Shown here: piece by piece, positions 1 to 13,930 of the stretch
How positions within the stretch are numbered: position 1 is the first letter of the stretch
Layout of the letters: the number at the start of each line of letters is the position of its first letter
Assembly (NCBI RefSeq): GCF_009914755.1
Contig: NC_060927.1
Origin: the human T2T-CHM13v2.0 reference genome, Homo sapiens
Length of the DNA: 64,000 bases
Strand: one strand, 5' to 3'
Translations under genes and position numbers: made by a program
Notes under the pieces: generated by a model
Databases searched by the model: none
What the model was told of the DNA's origin: nothing
Seen by the model: only the letters and a program-made list of their open reading frames with translations

Positions 1-379
1 ATACTTTTTTTCTGTCCATCTCCAGTGGCTTCCTATGCTAAGCTACAGATTTGCTTCAGCTATCTTCATCTATAAACAAAACACTTCCTATGTTTCCTTA
101 CCTTTTTTTACTTACCTATGCTTTCTTAATGCTGTTATGTTACTACACATACTTATTAAAGGAGTAATGGTACTCATTATATTCACATTTGCATAGACCA
201 TTCTCTTCCTAGCATAATCATTTCTTTCCCTAATTCTCTTCCTAACTTGAATTTTCTTTCATTCTCAGATGTTTTTTGCTGGTTAGTGTTCTTAAGCTCA
301 TTTGTTAGTGTTGACATTCCCTAGAGTGGTATCTATAATTTCAGGGGAAAAACAGCTTTGAACTCAGCCTTCTTTCCTC

Positions 380-870
380 CACCGTATCTACTTTCTCTGT
401 CAGCAACCTCATTAGCACCTTGGATTTTTATTGTTGAATACACATTAACGTCTTCCACCTCAGATGCTCCACCCCAGATGCCACTTTTCAACTCTAGAGA
501 TGTATTTTTATTTTTATTTCAATTTCCACAGTCAATCAAACTCAAAATGTTTATAACCAAATATTTGTATTCACTATAAGCTGTCCACTCACCAGCTCTA
601 ATAACTAAATATTGAAATTATAATATATTTAGCTCTTCTTCCTGACAATTCATCCTTCCCATCCCATGCCATTTATCAAGTTCATTAATTTCTGCCTCTA
701 AAATGTTTTCACGAATTTACCCTTTTCTTTCTATCTGCACTTCCCCAAGATTTCATTATTAGTTTATATCAAATGTTTCTGCCACCACTGTCTCTTTCCT
801 TTGGTATCACATTGTTGCCACAATCATCTCTATCACACAGAAATGTGTCTATTTGAATTAAAAAAAACTT
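380..870 (+). mobile_element. L2 LINE fragment (highly diverged)
   Basis: L2-like phrases (aaactcaaaatgttt, tcaagttcattaatttctgcctctaaaatg, ttctttctatctgcact); boundaries approximate. Confidence 0.5.
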
Positions 871-948
871 GTAATAAAATAAAATTCACACAATTTAGCA
901 TGCCATGCAATCCTTTTTCCCATATGGTTTTCACACTACTCTTTAGAA

Positions 949-1215
949 CAGTGCTTCTTCTCTGGAGAGAAGATCATTTGAATTATTTTAATCCATTGTG
1001 AGCAATACTTTTTATAAATCCAATAAACATTCCTTGTTAGAATAATTCTCACTGGCTAGGAAGTTGTAGTAATGTCAAATTTCTACAAAAGTGTCTAAAC
1101 AGTTAATCATATTTTCTCCACTGTCAGACTATTAATAGCTTGTAATCCATCCGGTATTTTGCCTTTGCTCATAATACCCATGTAAAGTTTGTAGTAATCA
1201 CACCAACTATTTGGG
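949..1215 (+). mobile_element. probable hAT-Charlie-type DNA transposon remnant
   Basis: starts cagtgcttct (Charlie-type terminus); internal aatacttttt..aataaa and aaagtgtctaaac resemble Charlie-derived MERs. Confidence 0.35.
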
Positions 1216-1219
1216 TAGT

Positions 1220-1490
1220 TATTGATCTGTTCAGGCTATTTTTTCTTGGTTCAGTCCTGGTAGATTGTGTATTTCTAGAAATTTATTCATTTATTCTAGG
1301 TTATCAAATTTGTTGGCATACTAGTGTTTGTGATAGTCCCTTTTGTTCCTTTTTATTTTTGTGGTATTTGTAATGTCTCTTCTTTAATTTCTTGTTTTAT
1401 TTATGTCTTCTCTCTTTTTTTAGTCTAGCTAAGCATTTGCTGATTTTGTTTATCTTATCAAAAGACCAACTCTTAGTCTTACTGATTGTT
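1220..1490 (-). mobile_element. old L1 (L1M) ORF2 fragment
   Basis: antisense L1 ORF2 phrases: gatctgttcagg, gtatttctagaaatttattcatt, tagtctagctaag, ttatcaaaagaccaactc. Confidence 0.75.
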
Positions 1491-1494
1491 ATTG

Positions 1495-2020
1495 ACAAAA
1501 ATTTTGTATACCTGACAAACATGTTTATGCCAGCACTCTTCACAGTTATCCCAAACTGGCAACTATCCAAATATACACCTACCATAAAATAGACTTAAAA
1601 AGTTGTTATAGTCATACAATGGAAAATTAGCAATAAGTATGAACACATTTCAACTATATTCAGCAACATAATGGACATAAACATAATGGTGAGTGAAAGG
1701 AGATAGTTGCATAGGAGTATACTTTATGATTTTAGTTAAATCAAATACAAATGGAGGCAAAAATATTGTATCATGTTAGAAGTCAGGATAATGATTACTC
1801 TGAGAAGGGTACTAATAGTGAAACAGGGACTTCTGGAGTGCTAATTATACATAGATACATAGATAGATATAGACAGATTAGATAGATAGATAGACAGATA
1901 GATAGGTTGATAGATCTGTGTGCTCCACAGATCTTCATGCTCAATTTATGGAAATTCATTAAATTATACAATTATGATTTTTGTATTTTTTGGTATGTAT
2001 GTTTAGTAAAATGTTTATTT
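1495..2020 (+). mobile_element. L1ME/L1MC-type 3' end fragment
   Basis: atgtttatgccagcactcttcacagttatcccaaactgg, catacaatggaa, ttagaagtcaggataatgattactc are typical of old L1 3' ends. Confidence 0.65.
1848..1915. repeat. (GATA)n/(TAGA)n compound microsatellite
   Basis: imperfect tagatagata run seen directly. Confidence 0.9.
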
Positions 2021-3424
2021 GAAAAATAGTTCTACATTGAGTTTCTTATTATGATATATAAGAAAGGATGAGCTGTATGTGGATGATAATAAAGAACCAA
2101 GAAATGAGAATTTAGATGCTAGAATAAAACAAAGAGATGACCACTAAAACCATTACAATAGAAAAACTGTCATTTCAGATGGATATGTGTATAGTTAGAA
2201 GCTGGAAGTCAAATCATCAACTTAAAAGTACACAGGGTTTGCATATCAGGAAGAGAAAATGGTTAACAAAAGACTCAAAGAAAAATGGTAGAGGGAAAAT
2301 TGGAGAAAACGATTCTCATGGAAGTTGAAGAAACAATAATTTATTTTAAGAATATAGCCAATTGTTCAGTCATAACAGGAAAAAATACAAGGAGAGCAAA
2401 AATCAGTAATAGACTAGTGGACAGGCTTATAAGGAATCACTCGTCACTTTAAAGAAATGTCAATGACTTACATATAATTTAAATCAGAATGTCAGACTTA
2501 ATGATAAAATAAGTAGGAAGAATGGAAGCAGAAATCATTGCACAAATTTTGAATTGTTTTATGAGAAATATGAAAAAAATAACTTTGCAAAAAGCACTTA
2601 CAAAATTTTTATCACAAAAATAAATATCCTGAAAATTTTAACTAATTATCTGTCTTCAACTTCATTTCTCTTAGAGACCTTGCTGTCAGAAATTCTAAAA
2701 GGAAAATATATATAAATCACTTTCTTACTTATATGATTCTGTCCTAAGTTTTGTATTTTAGATCCATGAACATACGTAATTTCTATGGTGGCTGTAGATA
2801 ACAGATACAACATAAAACACCAAAAAATCAATTTTAATTCCTTATTAAAACTACAAACACATATAAGCATTTTCAAAATAGACAAAATAAAAGCTAAAGT
2901 ATGCAATTATGAATTGAGTTATCAATGCTCAGAAAGTGTAACTGATTCTATGAAACATGACTCCATGCACTTCACATTTGTGAGAGTTTATTGCCTTTAT
3001 TACAAACTAATTATCATTGCAATGTAATAGTATAACCTAAGGGATTTGTTTGACTTCAGTAGTTCTGAAGGTAATGGAGTTTGAAAGCTTGTCTTTTCTG
3101 GTAAATAGTCCTTCTCACTCATGAAGTTCTTAATATAATTTATAAAATAAAAACATCATACACTGTATATTTGAGTACTTTAAAATACAGGAGATGAAAA
3201 TGTAGAAAGGATGTTTTAAAAATAAAATATAGGCTATTAAGAAAACAGTGATATGGGTCAATATTCCTAGGTCATGTGTCTATCAATGGAGTAAATAAGT
3301 AGCTAGAAAACCAAGACGGAACCATTCCTATCTTCACTCCAGTCCCACTACAGGACGAGAATGGCCTTTCTCTTGAAATTAATTGCCCATCTAGAAAGTA
3401 TTTAGAAAGTATTTCAATGACAGT

Positions 3425-3675
3425 AATAGTGTTGCATGAGAGTTAACTAGCGTCATTCTTCCTGGGTTCAAATCCTAGTTCTACTATTTTCTTGTTGTGT
3501 TATTTAGACAGGTTCCTTAATCTCCACGTTCCATAGTTTATTCAGGTACAAAATGGAGTATAGTAACAGTCCCCTCATCATAGATGGGTGTTGAGAATGA
3601 AATTACATAATTAGAGTAAGAGCATTTAGAATGGAATCTAGAAAACAGTAAGAGCTAAGTATTAGCTTTTATTTA
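3425..3675 (+). mobile_element. MIR SINE
   Basis: cctgggttcaaatcctagttctactattt, ttccttaatctc, aaaatggag, agagcatttagaa. Confidence 0.8.
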
Positions 3676-3929
3676 TAATGCTCAAACTAAGTCTTTGGAT
3701 ATTTAAAGAGAGGTTTGAGCTTAAAGACTGAAGAGATACATATTGTTTCTTTTAATAGTATGTAGACATTTGTGCAGATTTTTGGTTCCAGTTGTTGTTC
3801 CTGGAGGAGAGAGAAAAGAGAGGGAAGTAATGGCAAAAGAAAGAAGAGAGAGGGAAAGAAAAGGTCCAGAAATGGGAGGAAACTAGAATTCTAGTGGAGA
3901 AACTATGTAAGGTTTATTTAAATTTTATG

Positions 3930-4550
3930 AAGAAATATTTGCACTCCCATGTTCATTGTACTGGTATTCACAATAGCCAAGTTACAAAAACAACTAAAAT
4001 GTCCATTGATGGATGAATGGATAAAGATAATATGGGAAAGCACATATTATTCCACATGAAAAAGAGGGAAATCCTGTAATTTTTGACAACATGGATGAAA
4101 CTAGAGGACAAGCGAAGCAAGCTAAACTTAGAAAAATACTACATGATCTTACTTATTTAAAATGGAAACTGAAACAGTCAAACTTATAAAAATAGAGTAT
4201 TTAAAGGCAGCTACCTGGGACTAGAAAATGGGGAGATGTTGGTCAGATGGTTGACAGTTCTAATTACACAGGATGAATACATTCTGAAGATCTATGTACA
4301 ACAATGTGAATATAGTTAACAATACTGTACTGTAGATTTGAAATTTGCCCAGATAGTAGATGAAGTGTTCTCACTCCCCACCACAAACATGGAAAAAGAA
4401 CATAATAACTACATGAAGTGATGAACAGTTTACTTAGCTTGATTATGGCAATTATTTTACAATGTATATCAATACATCAAGTTGTATACCTTGAATGTAT
4501 AAGATGTTTGTCAATTATATCTCAATAAAGCTGAGGAAAAAAATAAAAAC
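3930..4550 (+). mobile_element. L1MA/L1MB-type 3' end with A-rich tail
   Basis: tgcactcccatgttcattg, aatgtccattgatggatgaatggataaag, acaacatggatgaaactagagg; ends gtcaattatatctcaataaagctg plus A-run. Confidence 0.85.
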
Positions 4551-4659
4551 ATTAAATAATGTAAGATTTTATCTCAGACTGTGATGACCCAAAGGCAATA
4601 GAAGAATATCTTTAAGGTAGTGACCAAAATAGAAACTGTACTGTATTATTAATTTATAG

Positions 4660-5032
4660 TTGTTCAGGGGCCACATTGCCCATGACATGCTTCCAGCTAA
4701 TGACTGTGTGTAGGATGAATTCCAAGGCAGGCCTATTTCTGTGAAATGTGAGCTTTCTCTGACTGGTGACTTCAGCTCCAGGACTCCTCACTGACCTTGT
4801 CAAAATTTTCTTAGAACTATGATATAGTTTAAGACTCTTTCTACGCCATCTCCATCCACCATCACTTTTTTTCCCCACTACTTCACAGGGATCAGACCTG
4901 CATCCTGATTTGACAGTTCTCGCTTTCTCTTTCTTCTCCTTTCTTTTCTATCATGGATATTTCCACCAAAAATCTCTTGCACACCTGATTTTATCTTGAC
5001 AACTACTTCTTGGAGGACCAGAATTAATGCCA
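4660..5032 (+). mobile_element. ERVL-class solo LTR (LTR16/LTR33 group)
   Basis: 3' end aaaaatctcttgcacacctgattttatcttgacaactacttcttggaggaccagaattaatgc resembles the ERVL LTR terminus. Confidence 0.6.
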
Positions 5033-5168
5033 TAGGCGACACTCCTCTAATTTTTCTGAAGTTAATGAAAAAGCACTCTGTTTTATAAAGGATACTCCTT
5101 TGGAAATATTAGAGATAAGAAGTTAGGAAAATTCTTATTTTGATTTTTATTACTTTATAGGTTTAGGG

Positions 5169-5376
5169 CAGAGGTGCTCATTCTTTTGGCTCCCCTGGGT
5201 CACATTGGAAGAGGAATTGTCTTGGGCCACACATAAAATACACTAGCACTAACGACAGCTGATGAGCTAAAAAATATCTCCTAATGTTTTAAGAAAGTTT
5301 ATGAATTTGTGTTGGGCCACATTCAAAGCTGTCCTGAGCCGCATGCACCCTGTGGGCCGTTGGTTGGACAAGCTTG
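5169..5376 (+). mobile_element. MER30 non-autonomous hAT DNA transposon, complete, 8-bp TSD
   Basis: MER30 body (cacattggaag..ttgtcttgggccacacataaaatacact..ttggacaagcttg); perfect TSD gtttaggg at 5161-5168 and 5377-5384. Confidence 0.93.
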
Positions 5377-5974
5377 GTTTAGGGAGTTAAAAGCCATTTA
5401 AATATACTGCCTCTCTGTCATTCTAGGCATACATTTTAGGGATGTATTTTCTGCTCTGGAGCTTCTATTCTGAAGCATTCACCTTAGTAATGCATTCCTT
5501 CACAACAAATATTGGAAAAGACAGAATGAGAGAGTTGAATTAGGCCAATAACATAAAGAAAATATTGAGTTGATGGCAGGTGAAAATATTCTGTATTATT
5601 TTATTAGAAAATATAGCTATTGTATTAAGAAAGGAGATAGATTTTATGTAGAACACTCATTAAGACTTTTAGTGTTTTACTATGTATTTATAGTTCCTTA
5701 ATAGAATTATGCATTGGGTGTTCAACTGTTTTGAATTAAGTGATCATTTATAATGTTATTAATGATAATTTTACTTTCTGCATTATAGCTTTAAGTTATT
5801 TTAAGAACTCATTCTCCTCCTTTATTGCTTATAGTCCATAACTTAAAACTTTTAACTTTATCCTATTACAGTTCACCCTTTTCACTGCCATCGCTCCAAC
5901 ACAGGTCTCCATCATTTTATATCCAGATTGCTGAAATAGCTTTCTAGCTACTTTCTCTGAAGAAATTGTGATAA

Positions 5975-6510
5975 ATAACAGTCTTTGGAATTGGTACTCT
6001 CCTGTATGAGTTGTCTGTTGACCACTACTAGGAGTTGGCTCCCAGTCAGGAGGCATGGCGGTCAGGGACCCACTTGAGGAGGCAGTCTGTCCCTTAGCAG
6101 AGCTCGAGCACTGTGCTGGGAGATCTGCTGCTTTCTTCAGAGCCAGCAGGCAGGGATGTTTAAGTCTGCTGAAGCTGAGGTCACAGCAACCCCTTCCCCC
6201 AGATGCTCTGTCCCAGGGAGATGGGAGTTTTACCTATAAGCCCCTGACTGGAGCTGCTGCCTTTCTTTCAGAAATGCCCTCCCCACAGAGTAGGAATCTA
6301 GAGAGGCAGTCTGGCTACAGTGGCTTTGCTGAGCTGGGATATCTGAGTTTGAATTTTTTTATTGTATCATGCTAGTTTTGTGACTGTGGACAAGTTACTT
6401 AAAAGCTTATGTCTCCATTACTCATACATTCAGAAGACTAAATAAAAAAAAATAAAGCATGTAGAACAGGACCTGAACTTGCCAGCACTCAATAAATGAT
6501 GAATATTGTC
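5975..6510 (+). mobile_element. MIR SINE split by an L1 fragment
   Basis: acagtctttggaattgg before 5995; resumes ggatatctgagtttgaat..tgtgactgtggacaagttacttaa..gcactcaataaatg after 6336. Confidence 0.65.
5995..6336 (-). mobile_element. isolated primate L1 (L1PA7/8-like) 5'UTR fragment
   Basis: ggtcagggacccacttgaggaggcagtctgtccc matches the antisense of the 5'UTR of the L1 in this window (~51620-51900); ORF 6055-6375 MAVRDPLEEAVCP parallels 51618-51836 MGVRDPLEEVVCP. Confidence 0.9.
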
Positions 6511-8066
6511 ATTAAAAGTATTTATTCCTGTTATTTTACTGGTTGGAAACTTTCAATGTTTCCTTTTTGCTTTGGAGTCTGCTTTAACTTATTTTTTTAC
6601 TTTAGCCCCTTGAAATGGTTCTTTCCTAGTTTTCTATCTGACAAATATTTATTGTGCACCTATTATGTGCCAGGAATGAATTTGTTTTCCTGATCTCCAT
6701 ATGCACAACCAGCTCCAAACTCTGGACAGGCCTGCATTCCCACAGGACCTAGTAACTGTGCCATCAAAAGTTTTGCTTTATGTCTGCTATAAAAAACCCA
6801 TTCTCCTCCAGTGTACCCTTTGCTTTATCTATCCCCTGATAATTTTACCTGAATATCTAATGTGCCCTGTATACCATGCAAAATGCTGACATTAAGTACA
6901 TCTCAGTTTTGCTTTCAAGTTGCTTACAGTCTAATGAGAAAAGTATACAACAAAATAGGCATTCAAAAGTTCAAGTTGTAAGTTCTATTATAACAACAAA
7001 ATACCCATTCAAAAGTCCAAATTGTAAGTTCTATTATATAATAAAAAGTATCATGTGGTTTTGGACAACAAAAGAGAAGTAAATAAACTAATATTAGCAT
7101 GAGTCTGAAATCTGAAAAATGAAATGAGTCAGGCATAGCTGTGGGAATGAAGTTTGGGATGAGGTACAAAGGTAATGTGGCCAGTGTGTTAGAATTGGGA
7201 GCAAAATGTTACAAGGAGAGGGAACAGCTTGTGAAGTATCCATTGGAAAAGAGAGGATGTGGCATTTTTTAAGAACTGAGAGAACTGTACTATTATTAGA
7301 TTATAGTGTAAACAAAGAGAATGTCTTAAAATAATAAATCTGGAAAGGTAATCAGAAACCAGATCATGTAGAACCATGAAAAAACTTGTAAAACAATTTA
7401 ATATTTTTCTAATGGTAGTAGAAAGGAATTTTAGCAGAAAAAATGAGATATTAGATTTGAATTTCAGAAAGATCATCTGATAAGGATTGACGGAAGGAAC
7501 AAGAGTGAACAAAATGAGAAGAACAGGATTCTGTGGAAGTAGTCAGGGTAGAGGTAATGCTGGCATGAAATAGGTAGTTCAAAGACTAGAAAAATTGAAT
7601 ATACTTTTTCATTTGTTTAGGACATCATTTAATTTTTATTCTCTACTTGACTGTTAGAGAAAAAGACCATGCTGTTTTTACTTGTCAGATATCCTCCACA
7701 CAAAGCAGAATTCCTGGAATGTATAGTAGCTTAATAAATAGTTTTGAATGTTTGAATTATTGAAAAAGATTAGAACAAATATTTACATGAGATAATTGAC
7801 AAGAAATGTGACAGATTGGAGGCAGGTGCTGAAGAAAACTAGAAAAATGTCTTGGTTATGGCTGGATCAAACAGGTAGATGATGCTACCGATAACAGAGA
7901 GTCAATACAGGTGAAGAAACAGGTTTAGCAGGAAAGACAATTAGTGCAGTTTTGGATATGTTGAGTTTGAGATGATTCAGAAATTTTAATTGTAGGTCTC
8001 TAGTAAACATTAGTTGAATATAGAGAACGAGCTTAAGCAAGAGCTGAGTTGGAGACAGTTCTAGTT

Positions 8067-8316
8067 AATAACAATAGATGTCACTCATACTGTCATTAAA
8101 TGCTGAAGGCCTGGTTCCAAGGGATTTATATATACTAACAAATTTAATACGTCAATGCTATGAAATAGGTAAAATGTTATTAGCCCAGTTTCACAAATGG
8201 TAAATTTGAGCGTTATTCAGATTAAGTATTTTGCTCAAGCTCACAAGAGATGGAGTTGTGATTTGAACCCAGGCAGTCTGACTCCAGGATAACATACCTT
8301 TAACCATGATGCTACA
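8067..8316 (-). mobile_element. MIR SINE
   Basis: attagcccagtttcacaaatgg, ttgctcaagctcaca, gatttgaacccaggcagtctgactcca. Confidence 0.85.
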
Positions 8317-9485
8317 TGGTTTTTCCTCTAATAATCTGGTAATGTAGATGGAGATTAAAGCCAAGGAAGTTAAACAGTAACTCAGGAAGAGGCTACTGAG
8401 AGAAATAAGATGATGAGAAGAAATATAACTTTAGGGTTGTGACTCAAAGACATGTTGGCAACCAATGTGATTGTGGAATTATCAGAAAGAGAGGAGGGAA
8501 ACTAGAAATATAGTGTCACAGAAGACAAAGAAAGACAAAGTTTCATCAATAAAGTTATTTGCAGTGCCAAAAGCTACTACGAAGTCATGTAAGAGAAGTG
8601 TTACAAAGTTTCCTTAAAAAAGAAGTCATTGGTTACCATGAAAAAAGTAGCTTCAGTGGAGTAGTAGAAAAGGGAAACTGTCTTTAGAGTTACTCTGTAG
8701 GTGATGAAGTAGAAACACAAATGTAGAAAATAGATTTTAAAGTTTTAAATAAATTGAACATAAAATGGAATTTGTAAAATGTTTTTGTGTTTGGTATTTG
8801 TAAAAAAAATAGTGTTAATCATGTGTAGGCTCTGATAGAGCCAAGTGAATGAAGAGCAGGCTTAAACGGTGTGTGTGTGTAGGAGGGTAGTTGGGGGCTG
8901 CATATTGAGTGAGGACTTTACTAACAAAAAGGCACAATGCCTGTATGAATATAAAATATAAGAAGGTGGTGAGAAATAAAAAAATGTCATTTTTGATAGC
9001 TTAAACTTTCTTTGTGGAGTAGAAGGTAAGTTCATCTTTTGAAGGTAAAGGCAGGTATTTGGGAAGTAGAAAGGTGAGAAGAAAAAGAGAGAGACCTGAG
9101 ATGCAGGATCACCTGGTTTCGCTTTCTGCCACGGCTTGACACTTAGTAGAAAAATATATATGCACTTGATAAAGGCACACAAAATCGCCATGTATTACTA
9201 CACGGTGCTGTTCCCAAACACAAATGCAGAAATTTAGGGAGTTAAGGTAGACTTGTAGTTAAATTCTTTTGCCCACACTGGAGTTTGTGGGGTGACAATA
9301 TTAAAACAAGAGAAAGAAAAAGAGGCTGTTATAATAGAAAGATACTAATCTCAAGAAGTGGAAGTTTTTAATATGAGGATGAAATAATCATCTGGAAGCA
9401 GTACTAGAGAGCATAAGGAAGCCAGCTCCACTTTCCATTTCCAAATGTGTGGCGTGTCAAAGAAGAGCAATTTCAAACTGAAAGA

Positions 9486-9958
9486 TATACTAATCAGGGT
9501 TCTTCAGAGAAGCAGAATCAATTAGGTGTGTATGTATGTGTGTGTGCCTGTGTGTGTGTGTGTGTAAAGAGATTTATTATCAGGAATTGGCTCATGCAAT
9601 TACGGAGGCTGAGAAGTCTCGAGATCTGCAGTTGGCAAGCTGGAGACCTGGGAAAGCCAATGGTGTGGCTCCAGGGCTCCAGTCTGTGTGCACACTGATG
9701 TACCAGCTCAATAGTCAGTGAAAGAGAGCAAATTCTCACTCACTTAGCCTTTTTTGTTTGGGTTTGGTTTGTTCAGACCTCCAATAAATTTGATGAGGCC
9801 CACACACATTGAGGAGAGGAATCTGATTTACTTAGCCTACTGACTCAAATGTTAATCTCATCCAGAAACATTCTTAAGACATACCCACAAAAATGTTTAA
9901 CCAAATATCTGGGTACCCTATGGTCCAGTCAAGTTGACACATAAAATTAACCATCACA
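9486..9958 (-). mobile_element. MLT2 (ERVL) solo LTR with internal (TG)n
   Basis: gagatttattatcaggaattggctcatgcaattacggaggctgagaagtc; terminus ccagtcaagttgacacataaaattaaccatcaca. Confidence 0.92.
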
Positions 9959-11005
9959 AATGGTTGCAGGGGAAGCTGTGTCTTCAGAGGAAAGTAGTAT
10001 TTCCTCAAGACAAGTAGGTTAAGGGAGTTTTCAGTGAAGAAATTGAGGATGCAGGGAAAACTTTTTTCTAGTTTTTGAAATGTGAAAATTCTGTTCTTTG
10101 GCAAATACAAAACTAAGTGTGAGTTCGGTTTGGGAAATTATGAGAGCTTCTCTATATCAGGATTAAACACTATAATGGAGAAGAGAGCAGTCTGGAAAGA
10201 TGGTTGCAAGATAAAAAGAGAGATTAATAGATAAATACAAAAGTGTTTGAAAGATCACCAACACAAGAAAAGAGAAGATACTACCAGAATAAATTTGTAA
10301 ACAACTTGTAAGGATATCCTGGTCACACTCAGTGATTATAATAACAGGAGCTCCTATTAAAAAAAAAGACATTTCTGCCACTACATAGGATTAAGATTCA
10401 AACTAAATGAAGACATGCAAGCACCCTTCATTTGGTTGAGTAAATTCCCCATCCTCTCTTTAAGTTAAATGCATTCCTTTCATATATACTGCAAGTATGT
10501 GGAACAAAAAATTCGAAGTAGAGGTCAGTTTAACTTTTTTTTAAGGACACCATCATTCTTTTTTTTTTTTTTTTTTGCACATAGACCTCTAGCAAAAGTT
10601 TGAATAGTGCCATATCTAAGAAACTCTGAATCTTGCTATTTTTGAGATACATTTTATTACATCTTGTCATAAGATTTTATCATGGCAATTTTTCTTCTGC
10701 TGTGGAGAAGTCAACTGTGATTTTTTTCAATAACCATTTACAGGGCACCAGGTGCCAACAGGGCATTATGCCAGCTATCATGTCTGATGTAGAGTTGTTT
10801 AAAATACTGTTTGTGCCCTTGAGAAGCTAAAATAGTTGAATAGATAAAGAATTTAAGTTTATATGACTGAGAGCAATATGTACTAAGTATCATTTGACTG
10901 TCATAAACAAAGATTTACAGGGATAGAGAAAACAAAAGAGTATTCTGAAAGAAAACATGAAAGACTTTGAAAAAATTATTAAGATCTAATAGGTGGGAAT
11001 GGTGT

Positions 11006-11503
11006 TGTAATTTCCTTTTGTACCTGTAATACATTGCAACTAACTTCATGGCTTAAAATAATACGTATATATTATAGCTCTGGAGATCAGAAGTCCAAAA
11101 TAGGTGTCAATGAGCTAAAATCAATTTGTCAGCAGGACTGCTCCTTTTGGAGGCCCTGAAGTTAATCTCTCTTCTTATCTTTTCCAGTTTCTAGAGGCTG
11201 ACCATATTTCTTGGCTCATGACACCCTTCCATCATCAAAGCCAGCAATAGCTGGTCAAGTGTTTCTCACTTTGAATCACTCTGACACCAACCCCTCCACC
11301 TTTCTTTCTCATATTTAAGGAACCCATGTGATTACATTGGGTCCACTGGATAAACCACAATAATTTCCTTAAAGTCAGTCAAGTGATAACCTTAATTCTA
11401 TCTGCAAACTTAACTCACCTTTGTCACATAATATAGCATATTTAGAGGTTCCAGGGATTAGGATATAGACATCATTGGGTGGAGCGTTAACCTGCCTTTC
11501 ACA
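11006..11503 (-). mobile_element. MLT1 (MaLR) solo LTR, MLT1D-like
   Basis: ggcttaaaata, ctggagatcagaagtccaaaatagg, cagtttctagaggctg, ggttccagggattagga. Confidence 0.85.
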
Positions 11504-12495
11504 AGTGACAAAAATTATTAAGACTGGAAAGAGAGAATTGTTGAGGAAATGTGTTTACATTAAATAATGTATAGGATTTTGAGATTGTGTTGAAAGAGAT
11601 AATATTGGAAAGGTAAACGTGGATTTGGAAACTTATTTATAGGCAATTGAAATGACATTAAAATTGTTTGAGGAACACAGTGTTACAATCGTAGATCACC
11701 TCTAGGTAGATTAACTAGAAATGCAGCATGACTTGAATGAGGGAGTCTAGAGGGGAAAGACCCTGCCTGGATTGCTCATCACTGTAGCCCCAGGGTCAAA
11801 GACAGTGCTGACAAATAAATATTTGATGGCCTGCTCTGCTTACCACAGAGACAGGCCATCAGGATTAAAGAGATTATATAAATATAATAAAACTTTAAAA
11901 TTTTTATGATAAAAATAATGTGATTTATTACTGTTGGCAAGGTATTTATCTTTTTCAAACTTTGATTTTTACATTAATGAAATATAGATAAAATAATAAA
12001 TACCTTGTAGGAATGCTGAAAGGCTTATAAGATGTTTTATAGTCAAACACGCACACAGCAACTGCCACGTGGGATGCACTCAATAAATCCTAAATGTTTT
12101 AGTTAATCTATGCATAAGTCTAGTCATCTTCTCTTCATTATTTTAAAAAGCACATGTGTATCAACTTTTACTGGCTAAGATTTGTTATTTGAGTTAGTAG
12201 TTTCCCATAACATCACTTTCAGCCTGTCCCAGTAGGCCAGGTTACATGTTTTCATCACACCTTCAATTTCATTTATGATTCTCACATTAGAGAGCAGAAA
12301 AGTCACTTTGAAAGGCTGAAAAATGAAGACTATGGGACTGTGATTGGCAGAATAATAAGATGATCCCCAGTAATTCCTCCAACCTTACATCCACTCATTG
12401 GAATAATTTCCTCTTCTAGATTAGAGATAGAGCCTGTGACTTGCTTCTAACCCACAGAATATGGCAAAGGTGATGCCACTCTCTTGATTACATTA

Positions 12496-13394
<899 letters not shown>

Positions 13395-13824
13395 AAATTA
13401 AATATTTATAATTTAGATCCCATCTTAGCAAACTAGTGAGAGAGATTCTCCTGCTGGACTGTTAGAAGCAAAGTCATATTGTGTCAACTCTCTGTCGTGG
13501 CAGATAATTGACTGGGAGCTGAGGGTAGCCTCAGTCAACAGCTAGTAATAAGCTGGGATCCTCACTATTACAAACAGAACTGCAGGAATCTGAATTCTGA
13601 AGACAACCATGTGAGCCTGGGAGAAGATCATGAGCTTCAGAGAGGAAAAATAGTCTGGCTGACACCTTTATTTCAGCCTTGTGAGACCCTGCGCAGTGGG
13701 CACAGCTAGGCTGTGCCTCCACTCATGAACCAGAGAAAATATAAAAAAAATCGTTTTGTTTTAAGTGACTAAGTTTTTGTAATTTGTTACTCAGCCATAG
13801 AAAACAGATACACAGCATTTGCCT

Positions 13825-13930
13825 TTAGAGATCCTGGTTCAGTGAGTCTGAGGTCGGAATCAGAAATCTATAGTTTAACAAATAGCACAGGTACATTTGA
13901 TGCAGACAGTCTCTGAACTAGTTCGAAAAG
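13825..13930. mobile_element. MER5-like DNA transposon fragment
   Basis: agagatcctggttcagtgagtctgagg..gaaatctatagtttaacaa..caggt..tgatgcag. Confidence 0.55.

Larger units (their letters stand above)
6635..10120 (-). mobile_element. long fragmented L2 LINE (interrupted by MIR and MLT2)
   Basis: acaaatatttattgtgcacctattatgtgccagg (3' tail), gatttgaatttcagaaagatcatctg, gcagttttggatatgttgagtttgagatg, gaagtcattggttacc; probably several pieces. Confidence 0.65.

Noticed and set aside
3882-3895. 14-bp palindrome actagaattctagt
   Set aside because: Short enough to be expected by chance in 64 kb of AT-rich DNA.
6055-6375. 106-aa ORF
   Set aside because: Antisense reading of an L1 5'UTR fragment running into MIR sequence; no independent coding evidence.
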